Below are positions 1 through 7,952 of a DNA stretch of 15,215 nucleotides, one piece after another. The position numbers and the translations under genes are program-made. The notes beneath the pieces are model-generated. The model saw nothing but the letters and a program-made list of their open reading frames with translations. It ran no database searches and was not told the DNA's origin. The stretch comes from Candidatus Hodarchaeum mangrovi (GTDB taxonomy: Archaea > Asgardarchaeota > Heimdallarchaeia > Hodarchaeales > Hodarchaeaceae). The stretch covers positions 1 to 15,215 of the forward strand of contig JAEOUE010000222.1 in the NCBI GenBank assembly GCA_016839515.1, in the 5' to 3' direction. Position 1 is the first letter of the stretch, and each line of letters begins with the position of its first letter.

Positions 1-740
1 ATAAAGCTTGGTAATTGAAATTGATATTCATCTTGAATTTGTTTTTTCCTAGCGAGATCACGTGAAAGACGAGCATGAGGAGCCTGATCTGCTCCAATTG
101 GTACAATAGTTGGCATTGGTTCGTATAGTACTTGTGGAAATAAAATATCTGATACTTGAATAAATGCAGCATTATAAATCCCCATTTTATGTTCGCCATA
201 GATGGCTTTCATCATGTTATAGGTTGTATATGTTGAAAGAAGATACCCCAGTTTCATGATTTCAGGTTGCCTACTCTGTCGATAGACATATGCAGAATCC
301 AAGTCCAATCCCAAAGCTATAAAATCCGCAATATTTTCAATAGCGTTTTCTTCAGCTTGTTTTAGTGATACTTTTCCATCGATATAGCTTTCTAGATCAG
401 CTATACAAAAAAAAACTTTTCCTCCAAGTTTTTGAAGATAAATGGTTTCACGACAAGTTACCAAATTCCCCACATGATATTCTTTAGAACTTGGTTTTAT
501 TCCCGTCATTACTGCAAAAGGTTTTCGATGGGTTATTGCATCAATAATGCTTTCAAAAGCCGTATGACCAAAAATTATTCCTCTAGCCATGTAAAAGTGT
601 TGATCTTTAGCTGGAATCTTATCTAAGATTTCTTCAAATGGTGTAATGCCAAATTCGTTCATTAAGCGATTGTAATCAACCACTCCACCTCCAAAAGAAT
701 TAATTAAACTAATTTTACTCAAAATATGGTCATATTCCAT
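1..740 (-). CDS. trpS: Tryptophanyl-tRNA synthetase, archaeal type (5' part; continues beyond the left edge)
   Basis: Manual translation from ATG 740 is open to position 1: MEYDHILSKISLINSFGGGVVDYNRLMNEFGITPF...YMARGIIFGH...VMTGIKPSSKEYHVGN (HIGH-equivalent)...IADLES...YVYRQS...IQVSDILFPQ...VPIGADQAPHARLSRDLARK. These match class Ic TrpRS motifs (VDYxxL..EFG, RGIIFGH, VPxGxDQxPHxRLxRD). An alternative start is TTG at 722. Confidence 0.92.
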   Translation of the reverse strand, partial: MEYDHILSKISLINSFGGGVVDYNRLMNEFGITPFEEILDKIPAKDQHFYMARGIIFGHTAFESIIDAITHRKPFAVMTGIKPSSKEYHVGNLVTCRETIYLQKLGGKVFFCIADLESYIDGKVSLKQAEENAIENIADFIALGLDLDSAYVYRQSRQPEIMKLGYLLSTYTTYNMMKAIYGEHKMGIYNAAFIQVSDILFPQVLYEPMPTIVPIGADQAPHARLSRDLARKKQIQDEYQFQLPSF

Positions 741-936
741 TGTGGACCCTCTTAACATTGTTAAAACTTATAAAAAAGGAAAAGTTAGTGAAGGAATTAG
801 AAATGCTCTGGCTAGAAAACAAAATAAATGCTAGTGAATTTCTACTAGCGATAAAATCCATTGGTAGAGCATTCTCATCTCCATAAAGGATAGGAAATAC
901 AAATTATTAAAAGCTTGTTATCCTGACATTTCACAT

Positions 937-2382
937 CTAAACAAGTTTATGTGTAAAGTGATAGAATCCACTAGTTTCATATAGAAATTGGAGTATAATG
1001 ACAACTGCTGTTACACTTAACCCAAAACAAAACGCTACAACACCTAATGCTCCTCCAAGGTTTAAAAAATAAGCTCCTGAAATTGAACCAAGAATAGAGC
1101 CTGTAGACATAATTGATTGTGTGAAACCCATTTCACGTCCTCTATTTTCTTCTTTCGTTACATCTGAAATCATTCCTAAGGAGCTAGAAGCAAAGCAACC
1201 CGCACTAAGTAGGAATATGAACATCATGATAATAATTACAAGATGAGGAAGGTTAAATACTACTTGTGGCGTAAAATCTGCTGGTGTTAAGGCTAATGGT
1301 TTTGTTTTAGCTAAAGAAAATGGATTTGATATTAGATCAATCAACCCCTCAGACCCTTGACCTAAAATAAAATAGAACATACTGATTAGTAGACTCATTC
1401 CGACTACACCTAGGATTAGAAAGGGTTTCCGACCAAATCTGTCAGATAATTTACCAACTGATGGTTGAATTACCCCAATTATGGCTACACCAACTAGGAA
1501 TATGAAACCAATAGCGGATACAGGTATTTTATCTTCTGCAACCTCTTTTAATATTACAGGGGCATAAGTACCTCCCGCTCCAATTAAAGTAGTATAAGCA
1601 AGCCAAGCTATGGCAAATTTTCTAAATTGCTTATCTTTTAAACTTTCTACCATTGTTTTAAAAGGATTGATACCTATTTCAGAGGAATCTTCCATCTCCT
1701 CAATTTCAGCTTTAAAAGTTGCTTCCTTTGGTTGTTTTCTCTTAGGTTCCTGCAATCGAAATAAATAAAGGGTACAAGCAGAAAACATAATGACTGCAAA
1801 GAAGAAAAACGAATATTCAATAAATGATTCCCATAATAACCCTCCTAATAAAAATCCACTGCCTCCACCAATAGATCGTGCGAGATAAAATTTTCCCATG
1901 GTTTCTCCATGGTTCTGTTCGGGGGAGAGATCAGCAAATATGGCTAAAATCGGGCCAGAAATCATTGCTGCTGCAAGACCTTTAAGTGAATTAAAAAATA
2001 ATAGAATTAGAAACGCAGAAGGAATAACTTCATATATCGAATAAACTATAGGGAATGGTATGAATGAAATTCCAGCTAATCCCGTTCCAATGATTAGTAG
2101 GGGTCTACGACCCAAACGATCACTCAAATAACCGAAAAATGAAGCTGTGGATAATGAAACAAGATAATATACCCCTAAAATAATTGACAAACCGCTTATT
2201 CCACTTGGATCAACATGGTAAAAATATAGAGGTAAACAAATAACAGATGATGAAAAAGCTGACTCTGTAACCGCTACTGCGAGAAGTAATAGCATAATTT
2301 GTTGGCGAAGAAGAAAAGAAATAGGTTGTCCAAAGAATTGCAATGTATCTTTTGTATAACGTGAGATTGACCGTCGAAACAC
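937..2382 (-). CDS. Major facilitator superfamily transporter (DHA1/TetA-like), substrate unknown
   Basis: About 12 hydrophobic segments. MFS motif A occurs twice (GYLSDRLGRRP and GKLSDRFGRKP). There is a charged central loop, and ENRGREMG precedes TM11. The GTG start is uncertain. Confidence 0.92.
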   Translation of the reverse strand: MFRRSISRYTKDTLQFFGQPISFLLRQQIMLLLLAVAVTESAFSSSVICLPLYFYHVDPSGISGLSIILGVYYLVSLSTASFFGYLSDRLGRRPLLIIGTGLAGISFIPFPIVYSIYEVIPSAFLILLFFNSLKGLAAAMISGPILAIFADLSPEQNHGETMGKFYLARSIGGGSGFLLGGLLWESFIEYSFFFFAVIMFSACTLYLFRLQEPKRKQPKEATFKAEIEEMEDSSEIGINPFKTMVESLKDKQFRKFAIAWLAYTTLIGAGGTYAPVILKEVAEDKIPVSAIGFIFLVGVAIIGVIQPSVGKLSDRFGRKPFLILGVVGMSLLISMFYFILGQGSEGLIDLISNPFSLAKTKPLALTPADFTPQVVFNLPHLVIIIMMFIFLLSAGCFASSSLGMISDVTKEENRGREMGFTQSIMSTGSILGSISGAYFLNLGGALGVVAFCFGLSVTAVVIILQFLYETSGFYHFTHKLV

Positions 2383-2572
2383 TACTTTTCCATCCCAAGA
2401 GACATTTACTATCTGAATTCTAAGGAATCATAAGTTCTTTTGGCTTATTAACATGAAATCTTCTTCCTTTTTTAATATTACATTTCTATTAAAAAATAAA
2501 GGATTTTAAACTGACTGATATGTTGCTCTTTCCAGATATTCTCAATCCCATAATTCTTATTGAGGGCTTAGA

Positions 2573-3475
2573 ATGAAGATTTCACTAGTTGGACTTAGTG
2601 GTTGTGGCAAAACATCAATATATTTGACTACTTTAGGCGGTATGACACCTAATGAGACCCGAGATTTAGGGCCTACTGTTATGCATGACGTTAAAAGTCA
2701 CAATTATTTGGGTTTGGAAATAAGCCTTTGGGATTTTGGTGGACAGGAAGAATATCGGCAATCCTATTTCGAAAGGCCTCAGCTTCTAACTAATACTACT
2801 GCTCTTATTTTTGTACTCGATTTACATCAACCTGAACAGTTTGATGAAGCAAATAGATATTTTACTAATGTTTATAAGGTTATCCAAGAAGGGGGTGGTG
2901 CTCCTACTATTTATGTCTTCTACCATAAGTATGATACTGAGGATTATTTTGAAGCAAAGCTTAAGGAAAGCCTTGTAAAAGCTAAAGCTCTTCCTTTCAT
3001 AAAAGAGTATACACCCCAAGCTTATATTACCTCTATTTATAGACAAGATGAGTTAAGCGATGTATTTCGGCAAATCTTAATTGCTGACTTTAAAGAGCTT
3101 CAAGATAGTGTGCAAAAGGCCCAAGAGAATCTAGCAAAACTCAATTCCAAGATAATTGTTAGTGATGTTAATGGTAATGTAATTACTCACAATATCAAAG
3201 GTTTTGCAACTGGTATTCAGCTTCGGGAAGATCTTCGCGATTATATTTTAGCTTGTAATGTAATACGAGAAAATTTCTTAACTACTGATTCTGCAAATTT
3301 CTCAGCCGTATCTGAGGTTAAACGACTTGATCTTCATGTCTTTAACTATGTTTTATCTGTAATGATAATGCTTGAAAAAGGTGCTAAATTAGATGATCCT
3401 AATGATATCAAATCCCTCTTAAAAGAAATGGAAATCTTCGCGAATGTTATTTTAGAGGCCAGTAAAGAAGATTAA
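2573..3475 (+). CDS. Small Ras-superfamily GTPase, Rag/Gtr-like (Arf-related), with C-terminal roadblock-like domain
   Basis: G1 GLSGCGKTS, G2 GPTV, G3 WDFGGQ, G4 HKYD (His in G4, as in Rag/Gtr HKxD), G5 TSI. The ~120-aa C-terminal alpha/beta extension contains KIIVSDVNGNVITHN, resembling the roadblock first hairpin. GAGGG lies upstream of the ATG. Confidence 0.85.
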   Translation: MKISLVGLSGCGKTSIYLTTLGGMTPNETRDLGPTVMHDVKSHNYLGLEISLWDFGGQEEYRQSYFERPQLLTNTTALIFVLDLHQPEQFDEANRYFTNVYKVIQEGGGAPTIYVFYHKYDTEDYFEAKLKESLVKAKALPFIKEYTPQAYITSIYRQDELSDVFRQILIADFKELQDSVQKAQENLAKLNSKIIVSDVNGNVITHNIKGFATGIQLREDLRDYILACNVIRENFLTTDSANFSAVSEVKRLDLHVFNYVLSVMIMLEKGAKLDDPNDIKSLLKEMEIFANVILEASKED

Positions 3476-3865
3476 TGCTTAGGGGTAATATTTCTTAATA
3501 AATTTAACAACGACACAGATTTTTCATTCATCTCTCCTTCTCTTTAGTTAGTTAGGAATCAATGGCATAAATTTTACTTTCTCTTCATGCTGAGAAAATT
3601 CAATATCTGGGGTTTTGGTTGGGTACTTACAGAAAGAATTAAGGAAAAAGAGAATTTATGAGGTTATTAGTCATAAAAGATGCAAAATCGGAGAATTAGA
3701 TCAAAGAAATCTAAGATAAATGATTTGAAAAACTCTACTTCTGTCCCTTAGTAACATTAATTTTACTGATTTTAAAAATAATAAATGATTTAATATTATT
3801 TTTGGTCGATTGAGAATCAGGTTACTATATTCAGTAATTAACTAGTGTTTTTTCGCTTTTATTCA

Positions 3866-3880
3866 GAATAAGTTTTTATA
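3866..3880 (+). promoter_or_regulatory. Candidate archaeal BRE-TATA promoter of the redox operon
   Basis: Purine-rich AGAATAAG is followed directly by TTTTTATA, about 135 nt upstream of the operon start. The AT-rich background makes this weak. Confidence 0.3.
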
Positions 3881-4002
3881 CTCCTAATATAAAAATTGTT
3901 AATGTTGTATCTTAACGTGGAACGAGCCAAGATCAAAGACCATTTCAGAAAATCACAAATTAGATACATTTTAATTGTAATAAGCTAGAAATCATTACTT
4001 TT

Positions 4003-4007
4003 GGAGG
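4003..4007 (+). promoter_or_regulatory. Shine-Dalgarno sequence of the NuoE/HydC-like gene
   Basis: GGAGG lies 9 nt upstream of the TTG start at 4017. Confidence 0.6.
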
Positions 4008-4016
4008 CTTAATCGG

Positions 4017-4508
4017 TTGGCAGTGGACACCTACGAAGAAAAAGATACTATTATTCATGAGATATTAGGTTCTAAAAGTAAGAATCAAGCCAATTTGATA
4101 CCTATTCTGCAAGCAGTACAAAAAGAGTTTGGATATCTTTCCAAAGAGAATTTGATTCATATTAGTGAACATCTTGAAATGTCTGCAAATGAAGTTTATG
4201 GTGTTGCTTCATTCTACCAGCAGTTCAAATTTATAAAACCTGGAAAACATATCATTACTGTGTGCTTAGGGACTGCCTGTTTTGTTAAAGGGGGAAAAAT
4301 CCTCGCAGAAACTGTGAAAACAAAATTAAATCTTGAGCCAGGTGGAACTACAGAAGATGGGTTATTTACATTTGAAAGAGTTGCCTGTCTTGGATGTTGT
4401 GCCCTAGCTCCTGTTGTTCAGATAGATGGCGAAGTTCATGGGGAGATGAATCCAGCAAAATTACTCCGAATTATCAATCGAATTACTCAGAAAGAAAAGA
4501 GTAGATAA
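4017..4508 (+). CDS. nuoE: NuoE/HydC(BfuC)-like [2Fe-2S] subunit of an NAD(H)-linked flavoprotein complex
   Basis: N-terminal helical domain (LIPILQAVQKEFGYL, VYGVASFYQQF) followed by thioredoxin-like [2Fe-2S] ligands CLGTAC...CLGCC. Confidence 0.92.
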   Translation: MAVDTYEEKDTIIHEILGSKSKNQANLIPILQAVQKEFGYLSKENLIHISEHLEMSANEVYGVASFYQQFKFIKPGKHIITVCLGTACFVKGGKILAETVKTKLNLEPGGTTEDGLFTFERVACLGCCALAPVVQIDGEVHGEMNPAKLLRIINRITQKEKSR

Positions 4509-4515
4509 GGTATGA

Positions 4516-6345
4516 ATGATGCTCCCTCATGATACTTCACAAAAAAAAATTTTGATTTGTCAAGGTACAGGTTGTTTGTCCTCTAAATCTGACGAGATAA
4601 AAGAAGAGTTTGAAGATCAGCTAAAAAACTTTAATCTACAGGATAGAGTAAAAGTTGATTTCACAGGATGCCATGGATTCTGTGCCCAAGGGCCAATAGT
4701 AATTATAGAACCTGAAGGCATTATGTATAGTAAAGTGAAAACCACCTATATAAATAGAATTGTAGAGTCTCATTTGAAAAATTCTGATCCAGTAATTGAA
4801 TATTTTTACAAAGATCCAAAAACAAATAAGCCAATAGCAAGATATCAAGATATTCCTTTCTATAACAGGCAAACACGAATGATTCTGGGTAGTTGTGGCC
4901 ATATCAATCCTGAGAATATTGATGATTATATTGAACGGGGAGGGTACTCAGGTTTGAAACGAGCATTAGAAATGTCTCCAGAGAAAATCATCCAAATAAT
5001 AAAAGATTCTGGATTACGGGGTCGTGGAGGAGCGGGTTTTTCTACAGGGCTAAAGTGGAGTTTTTGTCGGGATGCTCCGGGTAGTGAGAAATATATCATT
5101 TGTAATGCCGATGAAGGAGATCCAGGAGCGTTTATGGATCGTTCAATTCTCGAAGCAGATCCGCATAGTGTTTTGGAAGGAATGATCATTGGGGCATATG
5201 CTATTGGGGCACACCATGGTATTATTTATGTTCGTGCTGAATATCCTTTAGCTGTTAAGCGATTTAGGCATGCGGTGAATATCGCGAATGAGAAGGGATT
5301 TCTTGGTGAAAATATTCTGAATTCGAATTTTTCCTTGGATATTTCGATACATGAGGGTGCTGGTGCATTTGTGTGTGGAGAAGAAACAGCATTAATGGCA
5401 TCAATAGAAGGGCATCGCGGAAATCCCCGCCCAAGACCACCATTTCCTGCGACTTCTGGGTTATGGGGTAAACCTACCAATATTAACAATGTGAAAACAT
5501 GGGCCTCTGCAGCTTGGATTTTCAAAAACAGTTGGGAAGAATTTCATAAAGTTGGGGTTGAACATGCTTCTGGGACAGCTATATTTTCATTAACTGGTAA
5601 AGTAAATAATTTAGGTCTAATCGAAGTTCCTATGGGAACCCCTCTGAGAAAGATAGTATTTGAAATTGGTGGAGGCATTTTAAACAACAGAAATTTTAAA
5701 GCGGTTCAAACAGGAGGTCCTTCGGGAGGATGTTTACCTCCAAGTCATCTAGATTCTCCAGTTGATTACGAAACGATGGCAGCTTCAGGAAGTATTATGG
5801 GTTCTGGAGGAATGATTGTCCTTGATGATACTGATTGTATGGTCAAGCTTGCTCACTTTTTTTTAACCTTTACTCAAGCTGAATCATGTGGAAAATGTGT
5901 ACCATGTAGAATTGGAACAAGGGCAATGTTACTAGTTCTTGATCGGATTATTAAAGGAGAAGGTGAAGATAAAGATTTAATGTTGTTAGAGGAACTTGCT
6001 TATACCGTGAAAATGGGATCTTTATGCGCTCTTGGACAAACTGCTCCGAATCCTGTTTTAACTACCTTGAAGTATTTCCGAGAGGAATATCAAGCTCATA
6101 TCCTTGAAAAACGGTGTCCTGCCAGAGATTGTCAGGATCTAATTGATTATAGAATTGATGGTAATATTTGTAATGGATGTACACTTTGTGCGGGTAATTG
6201 TCCTGTTAAGGCAATCTCCGGTCAAAAAGGTAATGTACATACTATCGATCTGAATATTTGCGTAAAATGTGGAATTTGCTATTCTAGTTGTCCGAGAAAA
6301 GCAATATATAAGCAAGATAGGAATTCACAGTTGGTGGAAATATGA
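4516..6345 (+). CDS. nuoF: NuoF/HydB(BfuB)-like FMN/NADH-binding subunit, long electron-bifurcating type
   Basis: N-terminal [2Fe-2S] domain (CQGTGC...CHGFC); SGLRGRGGAGF; NADEGDPGAFMDR; GAGAFVCGEETAL; SLBB GGPSGG; [4Fe-4S] ESCGKCVPCR...C; HILEKRCPARDC; C-terminal 2x[4Fe-4S] ferredoxin (CNGCTLCAGNCP, CVKCGICYSSCP). Confidence 0.95.
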   Translation: MMLPHDTSQKKILICQGTGCLSSKSDEIKEEFEDQLKNFNLQDRVKVDFTGCHGFCAQGPIVIIEPEGIMYSKVKTTYINRIVESHLKNSDPVIEYFYKDPKTNKPIARYQDIPFYNRQTRMILGSCGHINPENIDDYIERGGYSGLKRALEMSPEKIIQIIKDSGLRGRGGAGFSTGLKWSFCRDAPGSEKYIICNADEGDPGAFMDRSILEADPHSVLEGMIIGAYAIGAHHGIIYVRAEYPLAVKRFRHAVNIANEKGFLGENILNSNFSLDISIHEGAGAFVCGEETALMASIEGHRGNPRPRPPFPATSGLWGKPTNINNVKTWASAAWIFKNSWEEFHKVGVEHASGTAIFSLTGKVNNLGLIEVPMGTPLRKIVFEIGGGILNNRNFKAVQTGGPSGGCLPPSHLDSPVDYETMAASGSIMGSGGMIVLDDTDCMVKLAHFFLTFTQAESCGKCVPCRIGTRAMLLVLDRIIKGEGEDKDLMLLEELAYTVKMGSLCALGQTAPNPVLTTLKYFREEYQAHILEKRCPARDCQDLIDYRIDGNICNGCTLCAGNCPVKAISGQKGNVHTIDLNICVKCGICYSSCPRKAIYKQDRNSQLVEI

Positions 6346-7952
6346 GCAAATGGATGAATATTAATGGAAAGCGTGTGGTTTTCGAAGAAGGGGAGACCGT
6401 ACTAGAAGTTGCCACTAAAGCAGGGATTTATATTCCAACTCTTTGTGCAAGACCAGATCTTCCATCAATAGGAGCTTGTCGATTGTGTATAATAGATATT
6501 GAAGGAGGTAGAGGATATCCAAATTCTTGTACATTACCCGCTAGAGAAGGGATGGTTGTTAGAACAGCTACCCCAGACCTTCAGGCTGTACGTCGTAACA
6601 TTCTTCAATTGATACTTGCAGAGCATCCAAGCTATTGCCTTGTTTGTAAAGAACAGGATGAATGTGCAAAACTACGACATGGAGAATACAAAGCAGGCCG
6701 AGTTATCGGGTGCTATACATGTAGTCAAAAGGAATTATGTGAAATTAGAAAGCTTGTAGAGTATCTACGGGTAAGAGAAATTCGTTTTCCCATACTTTAT
6801 AAGGATCTACCTTTAGAGCGAGACGATCCTTTTTTAGTTCGGGATTATAATCTTTGTATTTTATGTGCTCGATGTATTAGAGCTTGTCAAGATGTACTAG
6901 GGTATAGTGCTATTGCTCTTACAAAACGAGGTCATGATACTAAAGTAGGTACACTTTTGGAAGTCTCCCATTTAGAAAGTGGTTGCGTTTTTTGTGGTCA
7001 CTGTATTGATGTTTGTCCAACAGGAGCTTTGACCGCACGGGGTTCGTCTTGGTTTGGAACCCCTGACAAGTCCGTTTCCACGACCTGTGTTCTCTGTTCT
7101 CATGGCTGTCAAATGATTGCTGATGTAAGATGGAATACAGTCGTTAATGTTCATCCCCCATATGATATGTCAGCTCGACGGGAATATTGTGTAAAAGGTC
7201 GTTTTTGTATCCCAGCTCTTATGAATGGACGTAACCGTTTGAAATATCCTACTATTAAGCGAAAATTTATTCAAGAGGAGCATTTTCCAGTATCTTGGGA
7301 TGAGGCTTTTTCTTATAGTGCAGAAAAATTAAAGCAATACAAATTAGAAGAAATTGGGATCCTGGCTTCACCATTTTTGCTAGATGAGGCAATTTTTTTG
7401 CTTTCAAGATTCGCTAAGGAGGTTAGCGCTCATAATATCGTCTATGATGATGAAGGGCTTCAAGATTTAGCTTCTCGTAGAATAAAAGTTCTATTTGCTA
7501 CATTTAATGCAAAATCATTATCAGAAATTAAAAATATAGAGTTTTTAATCTTACAGGACGTTTATGAATCTTCCAACCTCAATGTTGCAGATGTTATTTT
7601 TCCAACTACAACTTTTACCGAAGAAAGTGGTACAAAAACAGGTGAAGATTTCATTAAAAATCAAATTAATAAAGTTGTTGATCCTCCTGGTGAAGCCTTG
7701 CCAAGTTGGAAAATTATAGGTGGCTTAGCACAAGGCATGGGATTAGCAGGTTTCTCTTTTAACTCTTTAATCGATTTACAAGATGAAATATCCAAATATG
7801 ATCCAATTAACATCCCACTTGTTCCTAAAGAATGTCTAGAGTATATGGGTACTCCTATATCAAATAAAGTGAGTGAATTGGACTTGTATCTAAATGCCAA
7901 GCGTGTGTTGAATGAAGCCAAAGGAGAAAGAACGCTAAATGTTAGAATTTAA
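6342..7952 (+). CDS. NuoG/HydA(BfuA)-like multi-Fe-S subunit with truncated, non-catalytic molybdopterin-oxidoreductase-like domain
   Basis: [2Fe-2S] (IPTLC...GACRLC...C); HxxxCxxCx5C; 2x[4Fe-4S] (CILCARCIRAC, CVFCGHCIDVCP); FdhF-type [4Fe-4S] CVLCSHGC...CVKGRF; remnants VSWDEA, ADVIFP..TFTEESGT and PPGEALPSW. No H-cluster motifs and no Mo-ligand segment. ATGA overlap with the upstream gene. Confidence 0.88.
   Translation: MSKWMNINGKRVVFEEGETVLEVATKAGIYIPTLCARPDLPSIGACRLCIIDIEGGRGYPNSCTLPAREGMVVRTATPDLQAVRRNILQLILAEHPSYCLVCKEQDECAKLRHGEYKAGRVIGCYTCSQKELCEIRKLVEYLRVREIRFPILYKDLPLERDDPFLVRDYNLCILCARCIRACQDVLGYSAIALTKRGHDTKVGTLLEVSHLESGCVFCGHCIDVCPTGALTARGSSWFGTPDKSVSTTCVLCSHGCQMIADVRWNTVVNVHPPYDMSARREYCVKGRFCIPALMNGRNRLKYPTIKRKFIQEEHFPVSWDEAFSYSAEKLKQYKLEEIGILASPFLLDEAIFLLSRFAKEVSAHNIVYDDEGLQDLASRRIKVLFATFNAKSLSEIKNIEFLILQDVYESSNLNVADVIFPTTTFTEESGTKTGEDFIKNQINKVVDPPGEALPSWKIIGGLAQGMGLAGFSFNSLIDLQDEISKYDPINIPLVPKECLEYMGTPISNKVSELDLYLNAKRVLNEAKGERTLNVRI

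Noticed and set aside
407-415. A9 homopolymer in trpS (also A9 at 4541-4549) as a slippage or phase-variation site
   Set aside because: Both reading frames are intact across the runs, and such runs are expected in AT-rich DNA.
432-626. 64-aa + strand ORF
   Set aside because: Antisense shadow of trpS with no recognisable motifs.
2382-2405. Mini-ORF MSLGMEK* whose TAG overlaps the MFS GTG start; one extra A in GAAAAG would fuse it in frame
   Set aside because: Too short to distinguish from chance or a one-base sequencing indel. The GTG start already gives a complete transporter.
6342-7952. Annotation as [FeFe]-hydrogenase alpha or formate dehydrogenase alpha subunit
   Set aside because: No H-cluster motifs (TSCCP, MPC, ExMxCxxGC), no Mo/W-ligating Cys/Sec segment, no in-frame TGA and no C-terminal MGD-binding domain. 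Only the Fe-S wire and scaffold remnants are present.
4017-7952. Respiratory complex I NuoEFG module
   Set aside because: No other nuo genes are adjacent, and the F-like subunit has the extra Fe-S domains and motifs of soluble bifurcating HydB.
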